In this document: piece by piece, positions 11,366 to 21,315 of the stretch
How positions within the stretch are numbered: position 1 is the first letter of the stretch
Layout of the letters: the number at the start of each line of letters is the position of its first letter
Assembly (NCBI GenBank): GCA_963764625.1
Contig: CAVXTH010000005.1
Location: 352,001 to 416,000, forward strand
Source of the DNA: Candidatus Krumholzibacteriota bacterium
GTDB lineage: Bacteria; Krumholzibacteriota; Krumholzibacteriia; JAJRXK01
Length of the DNA: 64,000 nucleotides
Direction of reading: 5' to 3'
Position numbers and translations under genes: made by a program
The notes under the pieces: model-generated
Database searches by the model: none
The model's input: the letters and a program-made list of their open reading frames with translations, nothing else
Told to the model about the DNA's origin: nothing

Positions 11366-14300
11366 TCAGCGCGGCGCCGCCTCGCTTTCGATTTCCAGGT
11401 GGAAGCTCTGCGAACTTCCGCTCAGATCCGGCAGGTACATGCCGAAGATGCGCGCCACCGGCACCTTGAAGGCGCCCGGGCTCTCGGCGCGCAATTCGTG
11501 AGTGAATTCGTGTTCCCCCTCGCTCAGATGGCCGAAGAAGAAGACGTCGCCCTCGTCACGCACCTCGCGCCTTCCGGAGAGACTGCCGTTCGCGAACCAT
11601 CCGCTCAGGCGCTCCACAGCTTCGCACCCCGCGGGACGTGGATCCTCCACCGCAACGTAATCCAGTTCGCGGTGCGCGTTCAGTTTCAAGCGAACGCGAA
11701 GCCGGTCACCACTCTTGACCTGCGCCCCGTCCTCGAGAGGCTCTTCGAGCAAGATCACGCTACCGCCGAGAGTGCGCTGCGGCACGAGCCGCGCGTACTC
11801 CCGCCGCACCGACAGCCAGTTCTCGGTGACCGCCGGTCGCTCCTGCGCCGTCCAGGTGTCGAAGGAAAGGTTCGCATAGGCGCTGCCTTTCCCCTCCAGG
11901 CTCAAATCGACGCGGCCTCCCGCACTCTGCAAGGCGCTCACGTCGATCGGCCAAGAGCCTCCGGCGTCGAGCAGATTGTCGCGGGTGACCTTGATGCGCA
12001 GGACTTCCTCCTGCCCCACATGTGCGCTCAGCGTGAAGGAGGGATCGGTCTCGCCTTCAGCCCGCGCGAAGTCGCAGAGCGCGAAGATGGCGTGCGCCGA
12101 GGCGCGTGTGCTGTCCCAGCGCTCTCCCTCGCGGTTCGCCACCAACCAGCGCGCGGACTCGCGGGTCAGGGGATCGGCGGGCGCGAGTTCGAGCAGGGCC
12201 TGCAGCGCGAAGGAAGTGGCCTCGACCGCTCCGTCGCCGCGCCACCAGTAGCCTCGTTTTCTCCCCCAGTGCGCGGTCCCGTACTTCTGGTCTCGCTGCA
12301 CCGATTCCCGCAGCTTTGCCAGCACCAGAAGCGCCTGTTCATGATGTCCGCTGCGCTGCAGATAGGAAGCCAGAAGGGCGCGCGCGTAGTCGCGCAGCGA
12401 ATCGCGTTCCTCGAAGAGCAGTTGGGCGAAGCGCGCCATCGTCTCGTCTTCGTTGAGGGCCAGGTTGCGCGTTTTGGGGACCGCCCCGGCCCGATCGACC
12501 TCCGCCAGCGCGTGCAGTGCGTAGGCGAGATCGTCCGGGTTGTTTTCGAGTGAGGGAAGCAGCTGGCGCAGTCGATCGCGTCCTCGCCGCATGACCAACG
12601 CCGCCACCGTCTGACCACTCCTCTCTGCCTGCGCGAGAGCCAGCAACGCATAGGCGGTCAGGTAGGGTTGGCTCTCGTCCTGCGACCACCAACCCCACCC
12701 TCCGTCGGGCCGCTGCATGCTCGCGATACGGGCCAGGCCCTGCGCGATCTTCTCGTCGAGCTTCGGATCGAAGCGTGAGGTCGAAACGCCGAGTTCTCGG
12801 GCCGCGGCACGCACCGCCAGTGCGGGCACGAAACGCGACAGAGTCTGTTCGGTGCAGCCGTAGGGGTAGTCGGCTAGATAGGGCAGCGCATCGACGCAGG
12901 CCGAGAGAACACCGGGCGAGACGGTAAGCACGGCGCGACTCAGATCGTCGCGGCGCTGCGTGGGCAAGTCCAGCTGCAGGCTCTGGCGTTCCTTTCCCGT
13001 GCGCAGCTCTTTCGCCGCGACCACGCGCAAGGGAGTGCCCCAGGGATAGACTTCGACGGTGCGCACGAAGGCGTCGGAACCCTGCGCACTTCTCGCCTCG
13101 ATGGTGACCCTCACCCGGCGCGGGCTGACCACGATGCTGCCGCTTTCCTCGTCACGGCTCAGGCTGAGCCTGGCTGCGTCTTTCGGCACTCTCGCCACCA
13201 AATCGACGCTGGCCTGTCCCTCAGCGGGAACGTGGACCTGTGCATCCTCCTGCTCGAGCTGCAGACCCTCGGCCTTCAGATGCAGGCGCGCGTCGATGGG
13301 AGTGGACCGTTCGTTGTGCACGGTGGCCGTGAAGTGGAAGCGATCGCCTTCGCGGAAGATCCGCGGGTGGTTCAGGCGCACCATCAGCTCTTTGTGGGTG
13401 TGGGTCTCGGTCTCGGCCTGACCCCCACGGTTCTCAGAATCCAGCGCGAGCGCCCAGGCGTTCCAGGTGGTGAGGTTGTCCGGTAGGGAGACCTCGAGTT
13501 GTGCGGTGCCGTCCTCATCGGTCGTCACCATGGTGCGCCACAACGCGGTGGTGCGGAAATCGCTCCGAAGGTCGACGCTTGGCTGCGCCCCTGAGGGCGC
13601 GGAAGACGGCTGCAGTTTCGGGAGCTCGGCTTGGGTATCGGAGGACATGGCAAGGGCAGCCGGAAGTCGTTCCGCCAGGTCGGCGTCCTGGCGAGAATTC
13701 ATGTTCGCGACACCTCCCATCGCGGAGCCCTCGAATCGCCGATTCAGTTCAGGGCTCTCGACCTGCGCCGACGCCTCCTCCCGGCTCGCGAACTCGCGGT
13801 ACGAACCGAAGAATTGCGGCGAGAGCGTGGGGTAGGGCAAACCGCGCACGGGAAAGCTTTGGAGAATGCGGTTCAGGTCCGGCTGCGGGCGCGGCACGAG
13901 TTGCAGGATCGCGTCATCCACCACCGCCACCGTGAAGCTCGTCCGCACGGGCTGGCCCTCGAGGTCCGTCGCTAGGACACGAAGGTGCGCCGTGTCGCCG
14001 GGTCGGTAGTCGGTGGAATCGAAGGCGAGCTCCAGCTTCAAGAACCGTTCCTTGGCCGGGGTCTCCACGCGCAGCGTGGCTTCCTGGAAGCGATAGTCCC
14101 AGGCGGCGGCCGCGCGCAGATTGAAATAGGGCCGGTGGGATGCATCGAGAGGAATCTCGAGCAGGCGCGCGTTTCCGCGCAGCTTCACCACTTCGCTCGT
14201 CGTCTTGGCGCCAAAGCTCTGGGTGAGGTGTACCGAAATGCCGGGACGCTCGCTCACGATCAGCACCCGCGCGACATCGCCCAAGAAGGCATCCTGTTGC

Positions 14301-17053
14301 GCGATGAGTGTGAGCCCGGTGCCCCCGCCAACCAGGAGTTTCTCGCGCGGGTCGGCGCAGTACACCGCGGTCTCCGCCTGCACTGCGTTCCCTCGTGTGT
14401 CCTTCGCGGTAAACCGAACCGCGTACTGGCCGGGGTTTTTCGCCGCGAAAGTAAACCAAGCCTCTCCGCTTGCATCCACCGTCAGGTCCTGATCGTAAAG
14501 CCGCTCCATGGACGCGTTTTTGTCGGTAAGCCAGAGGCTGCAGACTCCCGTGATCGCGGCCGCCCGTCCCATGAGATCTTCGACGTGCACGCGGACTTTG
14601 GCCGAATCGCCCGGCGCGACGATATAGAGCGTCGGCGCCAGCGAGGCGTAGACTTCCTGCGCACCCACGCGCAGCCGTGCCGTGTTCGTTTCCTCCCTGC
14701 GACTGGCGTCGGTGACGCGGGCTTCGATCGAATATTCGAAGCGTCCGTTGGGCGCTTCGGCGGGAGCCTCCGTGGGAAGGGTCAGCTCCGCTTCGCCCTT
14801 TTCGTTCAAGCTGAGTGTTTCTCGTAGCACTTCCTGTCCGGGGGCATGTCCTGGCCAGGGGCGCAGCGCGCGATCGGTTTGGCCTTGCAGGTAAAAGGGC
14901 ATCGGCCGCCAGATCTCGTAGTAGGGGTTTCTGTGCACCACCACTTCGGCGCTGCCCTGGACCGCGCCGCCGAAGAGATACTCGGCCGACACTTTCACTT
15001 TCAAAGTGTCGCCGAGCACGTAGCGCCGCTCTCGGTCGAGCTCCACCTTCACGCGAAACTCGGGTAGACGGTATTCATCGACCTGGAAACTCCCGTAACA
15101 GAGTCCCGTTCCTCCGGAACGTACCTGCACCGAATACGCTCCCAGGGCAGGGCGCGAAGACAGAGGAAAGACCATCTCCAGCGCACCATTCGCGTCGAGG
15201 GTCTGCGTTTCGTGCAGGACCTCGCTCCCGTCGGGCGCCCGCACCACCAACTCGACCGAACGCGGCTTGGGCAGCTCCAAGCTTCGTTCGGGCAGATTCG
15301 CGCGCCGAAGCAGGGCTTGCAGATGCACCGTCTCGCCGGGCCGATAGAGAGGACGATCGGTCAGGATGAACCCACGCCATTCGTAGGGTTCCTGGCTCGA
15401 CGGCGAACCCACATAGACCGGCGCGCTGAGGACCACGGGATGTCCCCGAAGCTCTCCCACCGCCAGGATCTGCTCCTGATAGTGGACATCGGGCAGAGCC
15501 TTGATCCGGCCCAAACCATCGGCATCGAGTTGGACTCTGGATTCTTGGGAAGACCATTTCCTTCCCTGCGTCATGAAGTAGCTGCGCACCAGAAGTTCGG
15601 TGGTTCCGCCCAGGGAGCTGCCATCCATCTTCGTCAACCAGAACTCGATTTCCCCGCTGGCCATGGGCGTCGCCAATAGCCCCAGATCGGTGACCTGAAC
15701 CAAGAGATGAGAGACGACGGGTTGGGAATCGCCACTGTTGTTCATGCTGTCCGAGGGCTCCGATGCCCCAGTGGGAAAGCGTGAGCCCCGGAACACGGCC
15801 CAATACAGGCCCACTCTCAGGGGCTGAAGTACCACGGTGGTGTCGCGCGGGACGTGGGATTCAGCGGCGCCTTCCCGCGCGGCGATTTCCTCTTCATCCT
15901 TCCGCTCCAGGTGGTAGACGAGAGTTCCGGCGCCATCACGGTAGCGAGGCCCCAAAGACAGCGGATTCGATTGCGGGCCCCCGTCCGTGAGGGGAAGAAG
16001 ATCCTTTCGCGGATCGATTTGGCGCAGCTCCAGCCGCCATTCGCGCAGATTGCGCCACTGGAGGTGGAGATTGTGGAAGGAGCCGGGTCGGTACAACTGG
16101 GCCCCACTGAGTTCCGCCTCTGGCTCTACCAGTCGGTTCAAGATCTCGTGCGCCGCGCGCGCGTCGTCGGTCTTGGTCTCGCCCAGATCCGCCGCGAGCT
16201 GGGCCTGGCGCACCGCCTCTTCGTAGTGGCGCAGCGTCTCCTCGGCGGCCGCCAGCACCAGATGGCAACGCGCCGCGAGTGCGTCCTCAGGAGAGAGCTT
16301 CAGGACATCACGCGCGATCTCCTGTCGAACCTCGAGTTCCTCGGAAAGGGCCGGCGCTTGCTCCGCCGTATACCTGATGGGCGTGGGAGCTCGGCCACTC
16401 AACAGCCGCTCCGCGAGCGAGAAGAGAACTTCCCGCGGTGCGGGCGCTCGGAAGAGGTTCCTCCACATCCGCAGGTAGCTGCGGTCAGGAGTAACCCATC
16501 GAGTCCGATCCCCGAGAGCGGCTTCGAGCAGCGCCGCGTACGCGGTCGTGCTCTCCTCGCTGATCGTTTGGGTCTCCCAGTAGGCCGCGGCGTCGTTGAA
16601 GGTGCGACCGCTGTCGGAGTTGGCGCCCTGAATTCTCACGATCTCGGTTGCGACGCGCGCTCCAGGGCGATCCATTTCCTTCTGTTGCAGGAAAAGTCGA
16701 GCCTGGAGCAGGAGCGCGTCGAGATCCTGTGTGTCTGGGTTCTCCTGCGCCCATCGCAGTTGAGCCGCCAGACGCCACGATTCGCTTTCGCGCGGACGCC
16801 AGTTCGGCGCTTGGTTTCGAAGAGTCTCGAAAGCATCGAGAGCGGCGTGATAGAGCTGCTGCTGAAAGAGCGAACGTCCTTCGTCGTACAGCGCTGACGG
16901 TTTCTCTGGCATCGAGTGGGCCGAGGAGGTGCCCGAACTCCCCTGGGGTGCTTCGGCGCTGGGGCTTCCCGCCCCGAGCAGGCCGATGCCGCTCAGCAGA
17001 AGAATCAACCCGAGAAATGCAAGACGATGCCGGCCGCTGGATCTAGATCTCAT
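11366..17053 (-). CDS. Bacterial alpha-2-macroglobulin (MG2 domain) with intact thioester motif
   Basis: TDRPLYRPGETV, YRLPEF, LRSDFRTTALW, LPDNLTTW, YPYGCTEQT (CxEQ), QRPDGGWGWW, MYLPDL. Start 17053 was chosen for its RBS; the ORF extends to 17104. Confidence 0.93.
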   Translation of the reverse strand: MRSRSSGRHRLAFLGLILLLSGIGLLGAGSPSAEAPQGSSGTSSAHSMPEKPSALYDEGRSLFQQQLYHAALDAFETLRNQAPNWRPRESESWRLAAQLRWAQENPDTQDLDALLLQARLFLQQKEMDRPGARVATEIVRIQGANSDSGRTFNDAAAYWETQTISEESTTAYAALLEAALGDRTRWVTPDRSYLRMWRNLFRAPAPREVLFSLAERLLSGRAPTPIRYTAEQAPALSEELEVRQEIARDVLKLSPEDALAARCHLVLAAAEETLRHYEEAVRQAQLAADLGETKTDDARAAHEILNRLVEPEAELSGAQLYRPGSFHNLHLQWRNLREWRLELRQIDPRKDLLPLTDGGPQSNPLSLGPRYRDGAGTLVYHLERKDEEEIAAREGAAESHVPRDTTVVLQPLRVGLYWAVFRGSRFPTGASEPSDSMNNSGDSQPVVSHLLVQVTDLGLLATPMASGEIEFWLTKMDGSSLGGTTELLVRSYFMTQGRKWSSQESRVQLDADGLGRIKALPDVHYQEQILAVGELRGHPVVLSAPVYVGSPSSQEPYEWRGFILTDRPLYRPGETVHLQALLRRANLPERSLELPKPRSVELVVRAPDGSEVLHETQTLDANGALEMVFPLSSRPALGAYSVQVRSGGTGLCYGSFQVDEYRLPEFRVKVELDRERRYVLGDTLKVKVSAEYLFGGAVQGSAEVVVHRNPYYEIWRPMPFYLQGQTDRALRPWPGHAPGQEVLRETLSLNEKGEAELTLPTEAPAEAPNGRFEYSIEARVTDASRREETNTARLRVGAQEVYASLAPTLYIVAPGDSAKVRVHVEDLMGRAAAITGVCSLWLTDKNASMERLYDQDLTVDASGEAWFTFAAKNPGQYAVRFTAKDTRGNAVQAETAVYCADPREKLLVGGGTGLTLIAQQDAFLGDVARVLIVSERPGISVHLTQSFGAKTTSEVVKLRGNARLLEIPLDASHRPYFNLRAAAAWDYRFQEATLRVETPAKERFLKLELAFDSTDYRPGDTAHLRVLATDLEGQPVRTSFTVAVVDDAILQLVPRPQPDLNRILQSFPVRGLPYPTLSPQFFGSYREFASREEASAQVESPELNRRFEGSAMGGVANMNSRQDADLAERLPAALAMSSDTQAELPKLQPSSAPSGAQPSVDLRSDFRTTALWRTMVTTDEDGTAQLEVSLPDNLTTWNAWALALDSENRGGQAETETHTHKELMVRLNHPRIFREGDRFHFTATVHNERSTPIDARLHLKAEGLQLEQEDAQVHVPAEGQASVDLVARVPKDAARLSLSRDEESGSIVVSPRRVRVTIEARSAQGSDAFVRTVEVYPWGTPLRVVAAKELRTGKERQSLQLDLPTQRRDDLSRAVLTVSPGVLSACVDALPYLADYPYGCTEQTLSRFVPALAVRAAARELGVSTSRFDPKLDEKIAQGLARIASMQRPDGGWGWWSQDESQPYLTAYALLALAQAERSGQTVAALVMRRGRDRLRQLLPSLENNPDDLAYALHALAEVDRAGAVPKTRNLALNEDETMARFAQLLFEERDSLRDYARALLASYLQRSGHHEQALLVLAKLRESVQRDQKYGTAHWGRKRGYWWRGDGAVEATSFALQALLELAPADPLTRESARWLVANREGERWDSTRASAHAIFALCDFARAEGETDPSFTLSAHVGQEEVLRIKVTRDNLLDAGGSWPIDVSALQSAGGRVDLSLEGKGSAYANLSFDTWTAQERPAVTENWLSVRREYARLVPQRTLGGSVILLEEPLEDGAQVKSGDRLRVRLKLNAHRELDYVAVEDPRPAGCEAVERLSGWFANGSLSGRREVRDEGDVFFFGHLSEGEHEFTHELRAESPGAFKVPVARIFGMYLPDLSGSSQSFHLEIESEAAPR

Positions 17054-17288
17054 CTCCGCTCCTCCATTGGGTCCTCGGGTCATGTTTCCTTCAAAGCCCT
17101 TCATTCCCCTCTACCCTGGTGGAGCCCGGACTATTCCCCGCCGTCTCGATTTCCCTCTGCACGGGCGCGAATCGCCACGAAGAGGCCATTCCCGCTCGCC
17201 GCAGCCCCTCCTAGGGCTTAGACTGTGGCACCAGAATTCGCCAATTCCATCCGTGGCTTTTGATTTCGCATTTCGAGGAGACCGATCG

Positions 17289-18323
17289 ATGTCCCCAGCC
17301 TCTACTTCCTGGATCCGCATCTTCGCCAGCGCGCTTGTCTGTCTCGCGGCAATTCCAAGCGCGGCGAAGGACAGAGAGTACAGCAAAGAGGTTCCGAACA
17401 AGGATTACAAGATCTGGGAGTTCGATACGGGCCAGGGCTACTCCATGCATCTTTCGGGCATCTTCTGGGATCCCGGCGAAGGCCGCCGTCTCGCGTGCCT
17501 CCCGCCGGAAGACCTGGACTCTTCTCTCTATTTGAAGACCATGAACGGGCAGAAAGGTTGGGCCTACTGGTTCGCGGACCAGCACTGGAACTTCTTCGTC
17601 GCCGATCTTCCCGGAACCGAGAAGACAGTTCCCTCGCCGAATCCCGACATCGTCAAACTCACCGAAGATGCGGTGGCGGCCACCTACAAGCTGGGAGTCG
17701 CTACGCAGCCCCGCGCCTTCTACGCCCAGGGACTCGGCGCCGCGTTCTGCATCAAGCTGCGCTCCACCACTCCCAATGCGATTCCGGCTGCGATTCTTCT
17801 CGACCCCATCGGAACCAAAGGGATGCAACCGAAGATTACCGATACGGTGGAGCAAGTCGCTTCCTGGGACGACAGCCTGGAGGAACACCTCTGGGTGAAA
17901 TGGGGGCTGGGCCCGCGACCCGGCAAACTCTACCCGGATTCCGATTTGGGAGAGGAAGGGTTTCGCGCGTTGATGGAGCACTACGATCACAACGCTCCTC
18001 CCTTCTGGGCCACCGTATTGACCGGGCTGCAAACCTGGATGGAAATCAAAAACCCCATGAACATCGCCAACTGGCCGGTTCTGTTGGTCCGTGGACCTCA
18101 TCCCACGCCGGAGATGGACGCTCGTCGTGAGGCGGTCAAGGCGTGGCTGTCTGAGAACGGCGCCTCGATCGAAGAGATGGATCTGGGGAAGGAGGGGCCG
18201 CCCGGCCTGAGCAACTTGCCGATGGCCGGCGCCAAGGCCGATTCGGTCGCGGCCCTGTTCATGGAATGGCTGAAGAATCTGCCGAACAATCCCGACTTTC
18301 ATGCCCCGAAACCCCAACCCTGA
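17289..18323 (+). CDS. Secreted alpha/beta-hydrolase-fold protein, probably non-catalytic
   Basis: GAGGAG RBS and signal peptide; 'GWAYWFADQHWNFFVADLPG', 'ILLDP', 'PVLLVRG'. The elbow reads AQGLG instead of GxSxG. Confidence 0.65.
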   Translation: MSPASTSWIRIFASALVCLAAIPSAAKDREYSKEVPNKDYKIWEFDTGQGYSMHLSGIFWDPGEGRRLACLPPEDLDSSLYLKTMNGQKGWAYWFADQHWNFFVADLPGTEKTVPSPNPDIVKLTEDAVAATYKLGVATQPRAFYAQGLGAAFCIKLRSTTPNAIPAAILLDPIGTKGMQPKITDTVEQVASWDDSLEEHLWVKWGLGPRPGKLYPDSDLGEEGFRALMEHYDHNAPPFWATVLTGLQTWMEIKNPMNIANWPVLLVRGPHPTPEMDARREAVKAWLSENGASIEEMDLGKEGPPGLSNLPMAGAKADSVAALFMEWLKNLPNNPDFHAPKPQP

Positions 18324-18330
18324 GTCTTTC

Positions 18331-19041
18331 ATGGCCAACTGCGTCATCGATATCGAAACCAGTGCCCTAGACGAGGCGGAGGTCGCGTCCGCTCTGGTGG
18401 AGAAGCTGAAGGCGGCGGCGGAGGACGACGAGGACTGGCGGGAAAAGCTCGCCCTCTATGCTCTGGGCGCATCGGTGGTGACGATCGGACTCTACAGCCC
18501 CGAAACCGGGCGCGCGGCGATGCTCTACGACGACCGGCACGGGGCGATCGACTCCATCGGGGCCATGCCGCGAGTGGATCAGGTGACGCTCATCGGCGGG
18601 GACGAGCGGAAAATCCTGGAAGAGTTCTGGGGAATGGTACCTAGCTTCGGCTGCGTCGTGAGCTACAATGGGCGCGGTTTCGACGTCCCCTTCCTCCTGC
18701 AGCGCTCTTTGATCCATGGGCTGACGGTGAGCCGCAATCTCATGCCGCCGCGCTTCTCATCCATGCGCGAACACATGGATCTGGCCGAAGTGCTGAGTCA
18801 ATTCCGCGCGACGCGACCCTACGGGCTCGAGGCCTGGTCGCAGGCCCTGGGGGTGAAGAGCCCCAAGGAGGGCGAGGTCAAGGGGGCGGAAGTGAGCGCC
18901 GCATTCCGTGAGGGACGAATCCGTGAGATTGTCGAATACTGCCTGCGGGACGTCGTGGCTACCGCGGAGATCGCGGCAAGAGTGAGTCGAGACTGGGGCA
19001 AGGCATTGAACTTGCCGGCGATTCGCTTCAACGACGGCTAG
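18331..19041 (+). CDS. Stand-alone 3'-5' exonuclease (RNase H-like, PolB proofreading-related)
   Basis: ExoI VIDIET, ExoII SYNGRGFDVPFL, ExoIII YCLRDV. Confidence 0.88.
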   Translation: MANCVIDIETSALDEAEVASALVEKLKAAAEDDEDWREKLALYALGASVVTIGLYSPETGRAAMLYDDRHGAIDSIGAMPRVDQVTLIGGDERKILEEFWGMVPSFGCVVSYNGRGFDVPFLLQRSLIHGLTVSRNLMPPRFSSMREHMDLAEVLSQFRATRPYGLEAWSQALGVKSPKEGEVKGAEVSAAFREGRIREIVEYCLRDVVATAEIAARVSRDWGKALNLPAIRFNDG

Positions 19042-19062
19042 AAGGAAGAGAATCCACCGATC

Positions 19063-19953
19063 ATGGATCCCACTCTGCTCCCCGCTCCCCTTGCTCGCTG
19101 TCGAGAACTGACGGTTCGTTCTCCCAACCACCTCCACCATGCCGCGGAAAAATTCGAGGAGAGCACCCGTTACGATTTCTTTCTCAGCGCCTACGCGTGC
19201 ATGCGAACCCTGGATGATCTGGTGGACGAGGAGTTTCTGCGTCTTCCATCGAGAGAACGTGCGCAGCGTCGTACTGATGTTCTCGACCGGGTGGCCGAGT
19301 GGGAAGCTCAGGTGACGGCCGCCGCCAGTGGAGAATACCGCGCGCGAGACGACGGCTTCGAGCCCCTGGTCTTCACCGCGCTGAATTCGTGTCTCGGCGC
19401 GAGTGATCTGGGAAGCGGGCCCTTCTTGCGGCTGGCGCGAAGTCTACGGCGCGACGTACGCGAGGAACGGCTCGCCACCTGGCAAGATCTTCTCGACTAC
19501 TGCGAGGGAGCGGCGGTGGCTCCCGGAGCGGTCTTCCTCTACTTGCTCGCGGCACGGGAGGACGATCGCGGCCGGCTCAGACTCTCCCCCGAGATCGAGG
19601 TGATGGAGGAAGCGCGCGACCTGGCCCACTTTTGTTATTTCACGCACATCGTCCGCGACCTGCGAAAGGACGCCGCCTCGAGCACCCAGCTCCTCACTCT
19701 GCCGGACGAGCTACTGAAGCAGTCGGGCTACTCTCGCGCGAGTTTCTCGCGCGCGGTCCTGCAGGGCGACAAGGGAGTGCGGCCGGTGATACTCCAGATG
19801 CTGGGCGAAGCCGAATCGGCGGGAGCCAGGGCGCGCGAGCGGATGGAGGCGCTGCGCCGCAAACTGCCCGTGGGCAAGAGCGCGATCCTGGACTATCTCT
19901 TCGACCTCTACCGCGACGCCCACGAATCCGTTCGGGCAATCTGGTCCAACTAG
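19063..19953 (+). CDS. Squalene/phytoene synthase family protein
   Basis: YACMRTLDDLVDE first Asp-rich motif, LLDYCEGAA, FTHIVRDLRKD second motif. Confidence 0.8.
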   Translation: MDPTLLPAPLARCRELTVRSPNHLHHAAEKFEESTRYDFFLSAYACMRTLDDLVDEEFLRLPSRERAQRRTDVLDRVAEWEAQVTAAASGEYRARDDGFEPLVFTALNSCLGASDLGSGPFLRLARSLRRDVREERLATWQDLLDYCEGAAVAPGAVFLYLLAAREDDRGRLRLSPEIEVMEEARDLAHFCYFTHIVRDLRKDAASSTQLLTLPDELLKQSGYSRASFSRAVLQGDKGVRPVILQMLGEAESAGARARERMEALRRKLPVGKSAILDYLFDLYRDAHESVRAIWSN

Positions 19954-19986
19954 AGGCTTTCTCACACCGGCCCGAGGAGCTCGAGC

Positions 19987-21201
19987 GTGACGCAATCGGA
20001 GAATCTAGCGGACGTCCTACTTCATGGAATGGCTCACGGCGGAGAGGCCGTGGGGCGTATCGAGGATGGTCGTGCGGTTTTCGTGGCGGGGGGAATCCCG
20101 GGCGAGCAGGTGCGGGTACGCATCCTCAAGGAACAAAAGCGCTGGGCTCGAGCGGAACTGGTGGAAGTTCTCAGCCCGAGCGAAGACCGCGTGGAGCCCC
20201 CCTGTCAGTACTTCGGAGTATGCGGCGGTTGTCAGTGGCAACACATCGCCCTGAACCGACAGCGCGCCCTGAAGCGTGAGATCGTACAGGGGCAGATTCG
20301 TCACCTCGGAGGAATGGAAACGATCAGCGTCGAGGAGACGCGGGCCGCGGGTGAACCCGACGGGTTCGGCTACCGCAACCACGCCACCTTCGCGGTCGAT
20401 GCGCAGGGCCATACGGCCTACCACCGCGCAAAGGGACGCGAGCTCGTGCCCATCGATCGCTGTCTGCTGCTGCACCCCCTTCTGCGCGAGGGCCACGAGG
20501 CCCTGCCCCTTCTGCCGGGCTTGCGAAGTCTCGAGCTGCGCGCTGGCGTGCGTACGGGACAGAGATTGGTGATGGCGACCGGCCAAGTCGACCCCGCTCC
20601 GGTAGAGGAAGCAGCGGCGCGCGGAGTCCACCTGCGCGGTCCGGGGGAAGGAGAAATCACCGAGATGGTGCACACCGAGAGGTACCGCATCTCCTCGAAG
20701 TCGTTCTTTCAGGTGAACACCGATGGTGCCGAGATTCTCGTCGATCTCATGCTGGAAATGCTGGACCCCTCACCCGAAGACCAGGTGCTCGATGCGTTCG
20801 CGGGCGTCGGGCTCTTCACGCTTCCCCTGGCCCGCAGGAGCGCCCGCGTGTTCGCGGTGGAGCGGAGCAAGGCGGCGCTGCGCGATCTGCGCTTCCTGGT
20901 GAAAGGTCTCCCGGTGCACGTGGTGGGAGTGGACATCGACCATGCTGGCGACCAACTCCCCCCGCGAGTGAATCTGGCGGTGGCCGACCCCCCACGCGAG
21001 GGACTCGGCGAAACCAACGCGAAGCGACTGGCCCAGATGCAGCCCCGGCGTCTGGTTCTGGTGAGCTGTGATCCCGCCTCCCTGGCCCGCGACCTCAAGA
21101 ATCTCAGCGAATCCGGGTACGTTCTACAGCGCGCCGTCCCCGTCGATCTCTTTCCCCACACCTACCACGTGGAGACGGTCGCCCTCTTACGGCGCTCCTG
21201 A
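19987..21201 (+). CDS. rlmD: TRAM-domain 23S rRNA m5U methyltransferase (RlmD/RumA family)
   Basis: TRAM N-terminus; CQYFGVCGGCQWQH Fe-S motif; SFFQVN, DAFAGVG, DPPREG, VSCDPASLARD, DLFPHTYHVE. Confidence 0.88.
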   Translation: MTQSENLADVLLHGMAHGGEAVGRIEDGRAVFVAGGIPGEQVRVRILKEQKRWARAELVEVLSPSEDRVEPPCQYFGVCGGCQWQHIALNRQRALKREIVQGQIRHLGGMETISVEETRAAGEPDGFGYRNHATFAVDAQGHTAYHRAKGRELVPIDRCLLLHPLLREGHEALPLLPGLRSLELRAGVRTGQRLVMATGQVDPAPVEEAAARGVHLRGPGEGEITEMVHTERYRISSKSFFQVNTDGAEILVDLMLEMLDPSPEDQVLDAFAGVGLFTLPLARRSARVFAVERSKAALRDLRFLVKGLPVHVVGVDIDHAGDQLPPRVNLAVADPPREGLGETNAKRLAQMQPRRLVLVSCDPASLARDLKNLSESGYVLQRAVPVDLFPHTYHVETVALLRRS

Positions 21202-21315
21202 GCGGCGCGAGCGGCACGATTCTTCCCTGTCGTCCTCTCTTGAACGTTTGCACGCGCTGGCGACCTCGCTCGCGGGCGCCGCGCAACGCCGCTCGCGGAG
21301 AGGACTGCTCGGCCC

